Source: Alphaproteobacteria bacterium (GTDB taxonomy: Bacteria; Pseudomonadota; Alphaproteobacteria; Rs-D84). Taken from it: 64,000 nucleotides of DNA. The DNA is taken from NCBI GenBank assembly GCA_017472065.1, contig JAFURB010000007.1, forward strand, positions 64,626 through 128,625, written 5' to 3'. The notes under the pieces are model-generated. The model had not been told where the DNA came from. It did not search any database and saw nothing but the letters and a program-made list of their open reading frames with translations. The first letter of the stretch is position 1; each line of letters opens with the position of its first letter. Positions 27,909 through 36,882 of the stretch are shown here, piece by piece. The position numbers and the translations under genes are program-made.

Positions 27909-28580
27909 ATGATTGATATTAAGACTTTTTTAAGTGGTATTGATGCGCGTGTTGGTATCTGGTCGGGGGCGACGGATGGTGCCGAATTGGTGCGTATGGT
28001 TGAATTCGCAACAGAAAACAAGGTGGATATGCTGTCTGTGCTGCCAGATGCGGTTGGTGTCGTTTGGCCATGGATAGAAAAACAGCATATTGGTATGTTG
28101 GGGCGGTTTTATGTGAACGACGATAAAATAGATGAAGCGGTTATGTCTGATTTGACCGCGCGTATAAATATGTCGTTTAAGCATGGTGCAAATGGCGCAA
28201 TCGTATTTGTGCGATATAAAAATATGAAATCTATGATAGACCAGGTGGCCGTTATTCGTGATGATTTGTTCTTTAATCGCGAATTAATTATTGGTGTCGA
28301 TATTGGGGATATCGATTCGAATCAATGGGGGGATTTGTTCGAAAACCTAAGGCGCATAAATGCATCGGCGGTAATGTTTGCATTGACAAAGGATATGGGT
28401 AAAAAATCGGACTTTGTGGGGCGGGTGTATGGAATGCTGAACGCGTGGGATGCTGAATTTAATGGGGCATTGCATTTCGCGTTGGGTAACAGCACAGAAC
28501 GAATCGACCAGGCGCAAAGATTGGTTGCATCAATGCGGCCCGATTTGATGTCTGGATTGCGAATTTGGGTAAATTATTAA
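27909..28580 (+). CDS. hypothetical protein
   Basis: The start is taken at MIDIKTFLSG (27909). The longer tracked ORF overlaps the divergent gene. No motif was recognised. Confidence 0.5.
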   Translation: MIDIKTFLSGIDARVGIWSGATDGAELVRMVEFATENKVDMLSVLPDAVGVVWPWIEKQHIGMLGRFYVNDDKIDEAVMSDLTARINMSFKHGANGAIVFVRYKNMKSMIDQVAVIRDDLFFNRELIIGVDIGDIDSNQWGDLFENLRRINASAVMFALTKDMGKKSDFVGRVYGMLNAWDAEFNGALHFALGNSTERIDQAQRLVASMRPDLMSGLRIWVNY

Positions 28581-29200
28581 GCGTTTTTTAAGATTAAATA
28601 TTTTGGGGCATCTGTGCCGGCCTTGTTTTTATGCTGATAACGCGTTTGAATAATTTCCATGTCTGGGACGGTCGTAATCAGGGATGTTGATTTTATTTGT
28701 TCCAATATCCAATCAAAATATTCCCAGTGATCTGTGCCAATTATTATTTCACCATTTTCGGATAAATATTTTGATAACAGATTTAAGAATTCAGCGGACA
28801 GTAATCTGCGTTTTTCATGTCTGGCTTTCGGCCAGGGGTCGGGGTGTAATACCCAGATTTGTTCGAATTTTGAATCTGTTTCGCGCAAAAAATCCCGCAC
28901 ATCATCCGCCCATATACGAATACCAGAATATTCATCCAAAATCCGATTCGATTTTTCGTCCGTCATTGCGGACAGCAAAGATGCAACCCCGTTCATAAAT
29001 GGTTCGGCGCCGATTATGATTTTATCCGGGTTATTGTGTGCCAGGTCGCGCACATGTTCGCCCGCGCCAAAGCCGATTTCCAAAATGTCGCCCGTTGTTG
29101 GTTTTATGGTTGGTAAAACCGTGTCAATCAGTGCCGATTGACGGGCGGATAATTTTTTGCCGTGACGGCGTCCAAATGTTCTTATTTCTTGTTTTTCCAT
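28577..29200 (-). CDS. trmB: tRNA (guanine-N7)-methyltransferase
   Basis: Contains FGRRHGKKLS, the SAM site EIGFGAGEH and LHPDPWPKARHEKRRL. The start is chosen at MEKQEIRTFGRR. The tracked ORF extends to 29233. Confidence 0.85.
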   Translation of the reverse strand: MEKQEIRTFGRRHGKKLSARQSALIDTVLPTIKPTTGDILEIGFGAGEHVRDLAHNNPDKIIIGAEPFMNGVASLLSAMTDEKSNRILDEYSGIRIWADDVRDFLRETDSKFEQIWVLHPDPWPKARHEKRRLLSAEFLNLLSKYLSENGEIIIGTDHWEYFDWILEQIKSTSLITTVPDMEIIQTRYQHKNKAGTDAPKYLILKNA

Positions 29201-29248
29201 ATATTTAGTATAGAATTGAGTAACTAAAAACACAAGGAATATATAGAA

Positions 29249-29809
29249 ATGAAAGAGTTTCCAAAAGAGTTAACTGTTGGAAAATATCGTTTAAAACTGT
29301 TGCCGGCGTCTATGTCGCTGGCCTGTGAGTTGTATAATGTGTTCGTATCTGATGCGGAAAATATGATTTTCTGGATGCCAAATGGTTTGCCAAAGTCGAT
29401 AGATGATGTTTTTAATGATTTGGTTAGTTATGATACTGATAAACAGTATTGCATGTATTATACATATGATAAAGACGTCTTGTTGGGACAGATTGGCTTT
29501 TCACGAATTAGTTGGCGGCATGGTGTTGGTACAATTGGGTATTGGTTGAAAAAAGAAGCACGTGGCAAAGGTGTTGTTAGCTCTATATTACCAGGGATAG
29601 AGCGATTAGGGTTTGAAACATTTGAATTACGAAAATTAATTATCGGGTGTGATGGTAAAAATATGCCCAGTCGTAAAATCGCAGAAAAAAATGGATACAC
29701 GCTGGATGCGTTTTGTCGCCAAGATATTGTATGGCCGGATGGGACGATACGTGATAATTGTGAATATTCAAAATTAAAATCAGAATGGGAAAAAGGGAAA
29801 CAAAAATGA
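29249..29809 (+). CDS. GNAT-family N-acetyltransferase (RimJ/RimL-like)
   Basis: 186 aa. IGYWLKKEARGKGVVSS...GFETFELRKLIIGCDGKNMPSRKIAEKNGY is a typical GNAT A/B motif region. Confidence 0.75.
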   Translation: MKEFPKELTVGKYRLKLLPASMSLACELYNVFVSDAENMIFWMPNGLPKSIDDVFNDLVSYDTDKQYCMYYTYDKDVLLGQIGFSRISWRHGVGTIGYWLKKEARGKGVVSSILPGIERLGFETFELRKLIIGCDGKNMPSRKIAEKNGYTLDAFCRQDIVWPDGTIRDNCEYSKLKSEWEKGKQK

Positions 29810-31386
29810 GAACGGGTTTATCAAAAGACTTAATCGCACGTGTGTTGGGCGCGGCACCAAAATATACACTGGATGAATTAGAAGAAAAATTTCCGGCGCG
29901 TAATCTTGCGGATGGCGCAATGGTTACAAGATTCGCCCCCAGTCCAACGGGATATATGCATATTGGTGGTTTGTATGGTGCGTTGATAGACTGTAAATTA
30001 GCCCAGCAATCGGGTGGTGTGTTTATGTTGCGTATCGAAGATACAGATACCAAGCGCGAAGTTATGGACGCCGTTAAAATTATAGAGGCATCAATGGACC
30101 GATTCGGTTTGAATTATAATAATGATGAAAAATATGGTCCGTACTATCAATCGAAACGCAAAGATATTTATCATTCGGTGGTGGCACACTTGTTAGAAAA
30201 TGGGTTAGCATATCCGTGTTTCTTGACGGCGGATGATATGGAAAAAATTCGTGACAATCAAAAGGCGGCGGGATTTGCAACCGGTATATATGGCGAATTT
30301 GCGCGTGATCGTGATTTGACAGACGCGGAAATTATTGCGTATTTGGATAAAGGTTTGATTCCATCGATTCGTTTGTATTCAATGGGTAATCCAGAACAAA
30401 GAATTTTCTGTAAGGATGCGGTGCGCGGATCAATCGGATTCCCGGAAAATAACGAAGATATTGTTTTAATTAAATCAAATGATGGTTTGCCGACATACCA
30501 TTTTGCACATTTGTGTGATGACCACTTTATGCGTACAACACATGTTATCCGTGGCGAAGAGTGGTTGCCGTCATTGCCGTTGCATGTGCAATTGTTCCGT
30601 ATGATGGGCTGGACCGCGCCACTGTATATTCATACATCAACCATTGATAAGATTGATGATGAGTCGGGCAAGCAACGCAAACTATCCAAACGCAAAGACC
30701 CAGAGGCTAATGTTGCCTTTTTCTTAGAGGCGGGTTGGCCGGTCGAATCGGTGATTGAATATTTGGGGAATATTGCGGCGTCGGGCTATGAAGAAGCCAA
30801 GATGAAAGGGCAGGTAAAGTCTTTTTGGGATTATGAAATGCGCGCGAAAAAAATCCCAATGTCGGGGGCGCTGTTTGATATGAAAAAGTTAGAGTGGTGG
30901 GCCAAGGAATTTATTGGGGCGCTGTCGGTGCCGGAATTGGTTGCGCGTGTTGTAACTTGGGCCAATGAATATGGAACCGAAACGAATCGGATGCAGGTCG
31001 CAGATATAGATTACCTGACCGGTGTGTTGGGGATTGAACGCGATAATCCAAAACGTGTACGCAAGGACTTTGTCACATGGTCACAGACATTGGAAAATGT
31101 TGCGTTTTTCTGGGATGAATTGTTTGTTCCAAGCACGGAATATGAATTCAATAAGGATGCGTTGCGTGCGTTCTTGGAAACATATAATCCGGCCGATGAC
31201 AAAGATACATGGTGGGCGAAGATTGTTGCAATTGCCGAAAGGACAGGTGTTAAAAATGGTGATGTGGCAATGAACCTGCGTGTGGCATTGTCGGGTCGCA
31301 CAAATACACCAGACCTGTATTCTATTATGTCGGTTATGGGCGGTGAACGCGTAAAACAAAGGGTGCAAAATGCAATTGAAGCCTAA
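29806..31386 (+). CDS. gltX: glutamyl-tRNA synthetase
   Basis: Class I HIGH (PSPTGYMHIGG) and KMSKS (KLSKRK) motifs are present. The ATG at 29806 overlaps the TGA of the GNAT gene (ATGA). Confidence 0.9.
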   Translation: MRTGLSKDLIARVLGAAPKYTLDELEEKFPARNLADGAMVTRFAPSPTGYMHIGGLYGALIDCKLAQQSGGVFMLRIEDTDTKREVMDAVKIIEASMDRFGLNYNNDEKYGPYYQSKRKDIYHSVVAHLLENGLAYPCFLTADDMEKIRDNQKAAGFATGIYGEFARDRDLTDAEIIAYLDKGLIPSIRLYSMGNPEQRIFCKDAVRGSIGFPENNEDIVLIKSNDGLPTYHFAHLCDDHFMRTTHVIRGEEWLPSLPLHVQLFRMMGWTAPLYIHTSTIDKIDDESGKQRKLSKRKDPEANVAFFLEAGWPVESVIEYLGNIAASGYEEAKMKGQVKSFWDYEMRAKKIPMSGALFDMKKLEWWAKEFIGALSVPELVARVVTWANEYGTETNRMQVADIDYLTGVLGIERDNPKRVRKDFVTWSQTLENVAFFWDELFVPSTEYEFNKDALRAFLETYNPADDKDTWWAKIVAIAERTGVKNGDVAMNLRVALSGRTNTPDLYSIMSVMGGERVKQRVQNAIEA

Positions 31387-32056
31387 CTTTGATTTGTTGC
31401 AGGCATGGGAAGATGCAGAAAAACAGAAACATTATCCATGTGTTGCCGTGTTTGAAAAAGATGGCAAGACACTGGTATATATGTGTGATAAACATGGTGC
31501 AAACAAATCGTTTGATATGGTTGATATGTGCATGAAATCCGGCATGTATCCACGACCAGATGTCTTGTTAACGGAATTTGAAAATTCTGGTCGTGATGTG
31601 ATGCCAGGGATGATGCAAAATAATTCTTTGATGTATGCCGCAGCGGTTGCAACACAGCAAAATATTCCGGTGGTGTTTGCGGATTTGTCTGATGAACAAA
31701 TGTTAAACGTGTTGCGGGTGCAATATCCGAATCGGATATTTGAATCGGCGGATTTGACCAAGGTTTTGCGTGCAGGACCGATTCGTTCAAATGGTGAATT
31801 TGGTGAAATGGGAATCGCATTAAACAAGTATGGTCGTGATAAATTTATGTTGCAAAACATAGCCACTGCATTGAACAAATATGATGTTGTGTTTGCGATA
31901 TTCGGTTCGGGGCATTTTGTATCACAGCGGTTGGCACTGATTGATATGATGGGAATACCGAAATATATTACAGATATGCCAAATACACGCGGTGATTTTT
32001 ATGGGCTGAAAATTAATCCAATAAAATTAATTGATTTTGAAACAGGGGGATTGTGA
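31370..32056 (+). CDS. hypothetical protein (weak TraB/GumN-like features)
   Basis: 228 aa overlapping the gltX end by 17 nt. The FGSGHF box is weakly reminiscent of the TraB/GumN GxGH motif. Confidence 0.45.
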   Translation: MQLKPNFDLLQAWEDAEKQKHYPCVAVFEKDGKTLVYMCDKHGANKSFDMVDMCMKSGMYPRPDVLLTEFENSGRDVMPGMMQNNSLMYAAAVATQQNIPVVFADLSDEQMLNVLRVQYPNRIFESADLTKVLRAGPIRSNGEFGEMGIALNKYGRDKFMLQNIATALNKYDVVFAIFGSGHFVSQRLALIDMMGIPKYITDMPNTRGDFYGLKINPIKLIDFETGGL

Positions 32057-32057
32057 T

Positions 32058-32795
32058 ATGACACAGACAAAACGGGCGCGTGTTCGCGCGGTTAAAAAAG
32101 ATGAACATGCATCAAGATTGTTAAAGGTTTTGCGTGCAACGGGGTTGTTCCGCTGGGAAAAACCAAGTACACATGCCGAAGAAATTGTAAATATTTTAAC
32201 CCACGGTATTGGCATCGGTCTGGCCATTGCGGCATTGACATTGTTGGTGGTGTTTGCGGGCATCAAGGGTGACGCATGGGCGATTGTGTCATGTGCGATT
32301 TTTGGGGTGACGATGATAACGCTGTATTTTGGGTCAACAATGTGTCACGCAACAATTGGTAAAAAGCACGAATGCTTTTTTGAGGTGTGGGACAGTGTTG
32401 CAATCTATGCCCTGATTGCGGGGACGTACACACCGTTTTTGTTGGTGAATTTGCGGGGGCTGATTGGATGGATTGTGTTTGGAATCCTGTGGGGGATTGT
32501 ATTGTTCGGGTCGTACATGAAAATCCGTAATCCAAAGCAGCAGCCAAAGTGGATGGTCGGATTGTATGTTGCGATGGGGTGGACATTGCTGTTTATATTG
32601 CCGGCAATGATTCGCAGTATCCCAATGCGCGGGTTGTGGTTTATTTTGGCCGGGGGATTGGCGTACACAATTGGTGTGATATTCTATTTGTGGCGCCGGA
32701 TGAAGTTTTCGCACGGCGTTTGGCACTTGTTCGTAATTGGGGGCAGTGTGTGCTTCTTTTTCGCCGTCCTGTTCGGATGTATTTTGGATTTGTAA
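32058..32795 (+). CDS. hemolysin III / PAQR-family membrane protein
   Basis: 7-TM protein with NILTHGIG, STMCHA and HGVWHLFVIGGS, the conserved His pattern of the HlyIII family. The start is taken at MTQTKRARV. Confidence 0.8.
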   Translation: MTQTKRARVRAVKKDEHASRLLKVLRATGLFRWEKPSTHAEEIVNILTHGIGIGLAIAALTLLVVFAGIKGDAWAIVSCAIFGVTMITLYFGSTMCHATIGKKHECFFEVWDSVAIYALIAGTYTPFLLVNLRGLIGWIVFGILWGIVLFGSYMKIRNPKQQPKWMVGLYVAMGWTLLFILPAMIRSIPMRGLWFILAGGLAYTIGVIFYLWRRMKFSHGVWHLFVIGGSVCFFFAVLFGCILDL

Positions 32796-32807
32796 AAGGG
32801 GTGTATT

Positions 32808-33155
32808 ATGGCATATGAACGTAATTTTGCAAAAGATATAAGCGATTGTGAATGGCCAAAGCCTAAGTTGCCATCGGGTTTGTGCTGTAACGGTTGTGAA
32901 ACGCATTGCAAACTTTCTATGCAGTTAAATGTAAGAGATGAAAAGTTTATGCCAGAAAGTGGAAGGCAGAACTTTTATGTTAGACCTGTAATATATGCGG
33001 GTGGTGTGGAAGCGTATTATTGTGGTTTGGCGGCTGCTAACACTACAACAATTCTTGAATCAGAAACGATGATTGAAATATGGAATGCAGATTGTTTGTA
33101 TCAAGACGCTTTGGCGTGGTGTCGTGCAACCTGCAAGCATAGCAAGATGCGTTAA
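32808..33155 (+). CDS. small Cys-rich hypothetical protein, tandem paralogue A
   Basis: 115 aa with the motifs CCNGCETHCKLS and WCRATCKHSKMR, both shared with the next ORF. Confidence 0.55.
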   Translation: MAYERNFAKDISDCEWPKPKLPSGLCCNGCETHCKLSMQLNVRDEKFMPESGRQNFYVRPVIYAGGVEAYYCGLAAANTTTILESETMIEIWNADCLYQDALAWCRATCKHSKMR

Positions 33156-33210
33156 TTTATAAATTTGCGAGGCGAGGGTGTAAGTTTTAATAGATGAAAA
33201 AGGATATGTT

Positions 33211-33483
33211 ATGTCGTATGAATATAAATTTAATAAAAGTTTTTTCTGCCCAAATATATGGCGTAGTGAACCGAGGGCAAAGGAACTTACATCCGATGAA
33301 TGTTGTGATGGTTGTGAGGAACACTGTAAGTTAAGTGTTAATTCCGCTTTTTGGTACGGCCATGTTGAGATGATGGCAAATGATAAGATGGTCTTGACTG
33401 TAAAGGGCAGCGGGAGAGAAAATGATTTAAAAGCACTACTAATGTACTGCAGAAAAAGCTGTGCAAAAAGCAAGATGCGGTAA
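33211..33483 (+). CDS. small Cys-rich hypothetical protein, tandem paralogue B
   Basis: 90 aa with the motifs CCDGCEEHCKLS and YCRKSCAKSKMR. Confidence 0.55.
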   Translation: MSYEYKFNKSFFCPNIWRSEPRAKELTSDECCDGCEEHCKLSVNSAFWYGHVEMMANDKMVLTVKGSGRENDLKALLMYCRKSCAKSKMR

Positions 33484-33499
33484 TGCGGAATACATAGGA

Positions 33500-33600
33500 C
33501 TGGATTGCCACGCTACGCTCGCAATGACAAGGGGATTAAGAATCCAGGAGATTAAACACATTTGTCATTGCGAGGGAGCAGGGCGACCGTGGCAATCCAG
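33500..33600. repeat. palindromic MITE/REP-like element (family 'tgtcattgcgagg...cgtggcaatccag')
   Basis: ctggattgccacgctacgctcgcaatgaca (33500-33529) faces tgtcattgcgagggagcagggcgaccgtggcaatccag (33563-33600). The same unit recurs at 36.9-37.2 kb and 39.2-39.3 kb. Confidence 0.8.
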
Positions 33601-33796
33601 TAAATATAATCAAACTATAAATCTTGATTTCCCCGAAAAATAGGCGTATGATAATCATCATGAAACAAATTTATATGTTCTTTACAACAACTACTACAAC
33701 CCCGTTGGGGGTGTAATTTCTGTATTGCGGTGGGCCGCGTTAATTCTTATAATCAATCAGTCAAAAAATAATAAAAAACACTAAGGGACAGTTATT

Positions 33797-35530
33797 ATGT
33801 CATATGATATTGAAATTATTCGTCACTCGTTGGCGCATGTTATGGCGGCGGCGGTAAAAAAATTACACCCAGATGTTAAATTCGCGGGTGGGCCGGCAAT
33901 CGAAAATGGGTTCTATTATGATTTTGATACAGAATACCGTTTTTCCGAAGAAGACTTTGCCAAAATCGAAAAAGAAATGCGTGATTTGATTAAATCAAAT
34001 GGTCGATTTGAACAACGTAATGTATCGATTGACGAAGCCAAAGAAATTTTCGCATCGCAACCATATAAAATGGAATGGTTGAATGAATATGATGCGGCGG
34101 GCGAAGCGTTGTCGATTTATTCGTTCCGTGATTTTGTGGATTTGTGCCGTGGGCCACATGTTGAATCCTCTAAAGACCTGCCAAGGGATGCGTTCAAAAT
34201 CCGCAGTGTTGCCGGCGCATACTGGAAGGGGGACGCAAAAAATAAAATGTTACAACGCATTTATGTTGATGCGTTTGCCACACGTGAAGAATTGGATAAT
34301 TTCCTGAAAATGCAGGAAGAGGCCGCCGCACGCGATAATCGCAAACTGGGCAAGGATATGGATTTGTTCCACTTTGAACCAGAATATGCGCCGGGGTCGG
34401 TGTTCTGGCACGACAAAGGGTACAAGATTTATCGTCGTTTGATTGAATATGTACGCATGCGTCAAGAATTGGCCGGATACCAGGAAATTTCAACGCCGGC
34501 GGTTATGGACAGATGTTTGTGGGAACGGTCGGGCCACTGGGCAAAATATGGTGAACATAATTATTCTGGTAAAACCCAGGATGGCAAGGTGTTCTGTATT
34601 AAACCAATGTCTTGCCCGGGTGGGATGCTGGTGTTTGGACATGGGCTGCGTTCATACAAAGATTTACCATTATATATGGCCGAATTTGGCAAGGTTCATC
34701 GTTACGAGGCGGCGGGTGGTCTGTCTGGATTAATGCGCGTGCGTGAATTTACCCAGGACGATGCACATATTTTCTGTACCGAAGAACAGTTGGAAGAAGA
34801 AGTTGTAAAAATCCTGCGCTTTATCAAGGATATTTATGGCAAATTTGGATTTGAAAAAATAACAATGAAATTGGCCACGCGCAAAGAATCTGAATTCCGT
34901 ATCGGGTCAGATGAAATCTGGGACAAGGCCGAAGGGGCATTAAAGCACGCGCTGGAATCAAACGGTATTGAATTTGAAATTGCCGAAGGGGATGCCGCGT
35001 TCTATGGTCCGAAAATTGATAACTATCTGCGCGATTCGATGGGACGCGTATGGCAATGTGGTACGGTGCAATTGGATATGAATTTGCCAGAACGATTCGA
35101 TTTAAGTTATGTCGGCGAAGATGGTGAAAAGCATCGTCCGATTATGTTGCATCGTGCAATGTTGGGTTCAATTGAACGGTTTATGGGAATCTTGCTGGAA
35201 TCGACGGGTGGTAATTTGCCATTGTGGTTGTCACCAGAACCGGTTGTGGTAACACCGATTTCAGAAAAGCATGCAGAATACGCAAATGAAGTGGTTAATG
35301 CATTGCGTGTGGCGGGCGTAAATACGCGTGCAGATTTGCGTGATGAAAAAGTGAACTATAAAATCCGTGAATTGTCGTTGGCAAAAACACCAATCATCGC
35401 CATTGTTGGTGAAAAAGAAGCCGCCGACAAAATGGTAACATTGCGCCGTTTGGGTGTGGAAAAACAGGAATCAATGAAACTTGCGGAATTTGTCGAAATG
35501 ATGAAAGATGCAGTGAAATTACCATTGTAA
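33797..35530 (+). CDS. thrS: threonyl-tRNA synthetase (no N-terminal TGS domain)
   Basis: 577 aa. It begins at the editing domain (IIRHSLAHVMA...NGFYYDFD), followed by a class II core and an anticodon-binding domain. Confidence 0.9.
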   Translation: MSYDIEIIRHSLAHVMAAAVKKLHPDVKFAGGPAIENGFYYDFDTEYRFSEEDFAKIEKEMRDLIKSNGRFEQRNVSIDEAKEIFASQPYKMEWLNEYDAAGEALSIYSFRDFVDLCRGPHVESSKDLPRDAFKIRSVAGAYWKGDAKNKMLQRIYVDAFATREELDNFLKMQEEAAARDNRKLGKDMDLFHFEPEYAPGSVFWHDKGYKIYRRLIEYVRMRQELAGYQEISTPAVMDRCLWERSGHWAKYGEHNYSGKTQDGKVFCIKPMSCPGGMLVFGHGLRSYKDLPLYMAEFGKVHRYEAAGGLSGLMRVREFTQDDAHIFCTEEQLEEEVVKILRFIKDIYGKFGFEKITMKLATRKESEFRIGSDEIWDKAEGALKHALESNGIEFEIAEGDAAFYGPKIDNYLRDSMGRVWQCGTVQLDMNLPERFDLSYVGEDGEKHRPIMLHRAMLGSIERFMGILLESTGGNLPLWLSPEPVVVTPISEKHAEYANEVVNALRVAGVNTRADLRDEKVNYKIRELSLAKTPIIAIVGEKEAADKMVTLRRLGVEKQESMKLAEFVEMMKDAVKLPL

Positions 35531-35546
35531 AAGCAGGGGGGATAAT

Positions 35547-35687
35547 ATGAAAAAAATAATGATGTTGGTGGTTTTGGCCATGCCGTGCGTGTTGTCGGCA
35601 TGTGCCAAACAGTGCGAGGTTGAACCAATCGTTGCAGAAAATCATAAACTGATTGTGCCACCTAATTTTGGGCAAATGCCGAAATAA
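35547..35687 (+). CDS. 46-aa putative lipoprotein
   Basis: Not in the ORF track. It reads MKKIMMLVVLAMPCVLSACAKQCEVEPIVAENHKLIVPPNFGQMPK, with a lipobox VLSAC and a ggggg SD upstream. Confidence 0.45.
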   Translation: MKKIMMLVVLAMPCVLSACAKQCEVEPIVAENHKLIVPPNFGQMPK

Positions 35688-35692
35688 TGATA

Positions 35693-35724
35693 AAAGAGAT
35701 ACGGTTTTCGTATCTCTTTTTTTA
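35693..35724 (+). terminator. intrinsic terminator
   Basis: aaagagatacggttttcgtatctcttttttt. Confidence 0.7.
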
Positions 35725-35800
35725 TTCTATGCGTTTGGTTATTCACTTTTTTTATGATATAATATTACCAGAACGATTTTATAAATGGGGGGATTTTACC

Positions 35801-36574
35801 ATGAACGATGATAACTTGGATTTATTAGATTTAGATGATGGTGCATCAATGGATGCATTGCCAGATGCGGCGCCGTTTGCCGCCCCGCGTCCAAAAAAAC
35901 CGTGGTTGTTGTTGACGGTGGGATTGGTTGTCATCGTGTTGGCAACATATGTAATTATTCGTACTGTTGGGGGAACATCTTCGTCCGCGATAGAGGTTGA
36001 TCTGGACGCGCCTGCGATTGTTGTTGATGGTGCGCCGTCACCGGAAATGAACGTTATGCCACCGGCACCAAAGCCTGTTGCCCAGCCGGCGGTGGCACAG
36101 CCAACACCGGGTGTCCCGGTTCGTGTCGTCGAAGACAGAAAAGATGTCACATTTAATCCAAATGCCACCCAGCCAAAGCCACAACCAGTTGCCAAACCGG
36201 TGGCGGAACCAGTGGTGGCCCAACCAAAACCACAACCGGTCGCAACACAGCCAGTTGTAAAGCCACAGCCAAAACCAGCGGCCAAGCCGGCCACCAAGCC
36301 AGCGGTTAAAAAGACCACAACATCTGCCCCGGCGGGTTCATGGTATGTTCAGTTTGGTTCATACAGCACACGCGCATTGGCAGAAAATGCCCAGCGTCAG
36401 ATACGCAATGCACACCCAAGTCTGTTCGCAGGTCAGCAATTTGTAATTCTGGCGGCCCAGGTCAAGGGGGCAACGACATATCGTCTGCGTGTTGCGTTCA
36501 AGACGGCAAATGATGCAAATGGATTCTGTCGCAATGCGAAATCCGATGGTTTGGATTGCTATGTTGCAAAATAA
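35801..36574 (+). CDS. SPOR-domain protein with Pro-rich linker
   Basis: The start is at MNDDNLDLLDLDDG. It has one TM, PKPQPVA repeats and a C-terminal SPOR domain (GSWYVQFGSYSTRALAENAQRQI...YRLRVAFKTANDANGFC). Confidence 0.8.
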   Translation: MNDDNLDLLDLDDGASMDALPDAAPFAAPRPKKPWLLLTVGLVVIVLATYVIIRTVGGTSSSAIEVDLDAPAIVVDGAPSPEMNVMPPAPKPVAQPAVAQPTPGVPVRVVEDRKDVTFNPNATQPKPQPVAKPVAEPVVAQPKPQPVATQPVVKPQPKPAAKPATKPAVKKTTTSAPAGSWYVQFGSYSTRALAENAQRQIRNAHPSLFAGQQFVILAAQVKGATTYRLRVAFKTANDANGFCRNAKSDGLDCYVAK

Positions 36575-36589
36575 TCAAAGGGGATAGAT

Positions 36590-36781
36590 ATGAGATTAGG
36601 TTGGACCGAAATAATTTTAATTGTCATCCTGGTTATGATTTTGTTTAACAGTCATAAAATCCCGGGTATGATGCGTAATCTGGCCAATGGTGTTAATGTG
36701 TTCAAAAAAGAATTAAAAGACACCAAGAAGTCAGAACCTAAAAAGGCCACAAAAAAATCACCGGCCAAGAAAAAGAAATAA
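36590..36781 (+). CDS. tatA: twin-arginine translocase subunit TatA/E
   Basis: 63 aa. MRLGWTEIILIVILVMILFNSHKIPGMMRNLANGVNVFKKEL matches the TatA TM plus amphipathic helix pattern. Confidence 0.8.
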   Translation: MRLGWTEIILIVILVMILFNSHKIPGMMRNLANGVNVFKKELKDTKKSEPKKATKKSPAKKKK

Positions 36782-36784
36782 AAA

Positions 36785-36809
36785 ATCCCGCCATTTGGCG
36801 GGATTTTTT
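36785..36809 (+). terminator. intrinsic terminator
   Basis: atcccgccatttggcgggatttttt. Confidence 0.8.
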
Positions 36810-36882
36810 CAAAGTGCAGAGTGCAAAGTTCAAATAATGAATACATGATATTACCGCGATAAATAAAAGTTTAGTGGGGTCA

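Noticed and set aside
35779-36318. 179-aa minus-strand ORF opposite the SPOR-domain gene.
   Set aside because: It is the antisense of the PKPQPVA repeat region. The SPOR CDS is well supported.
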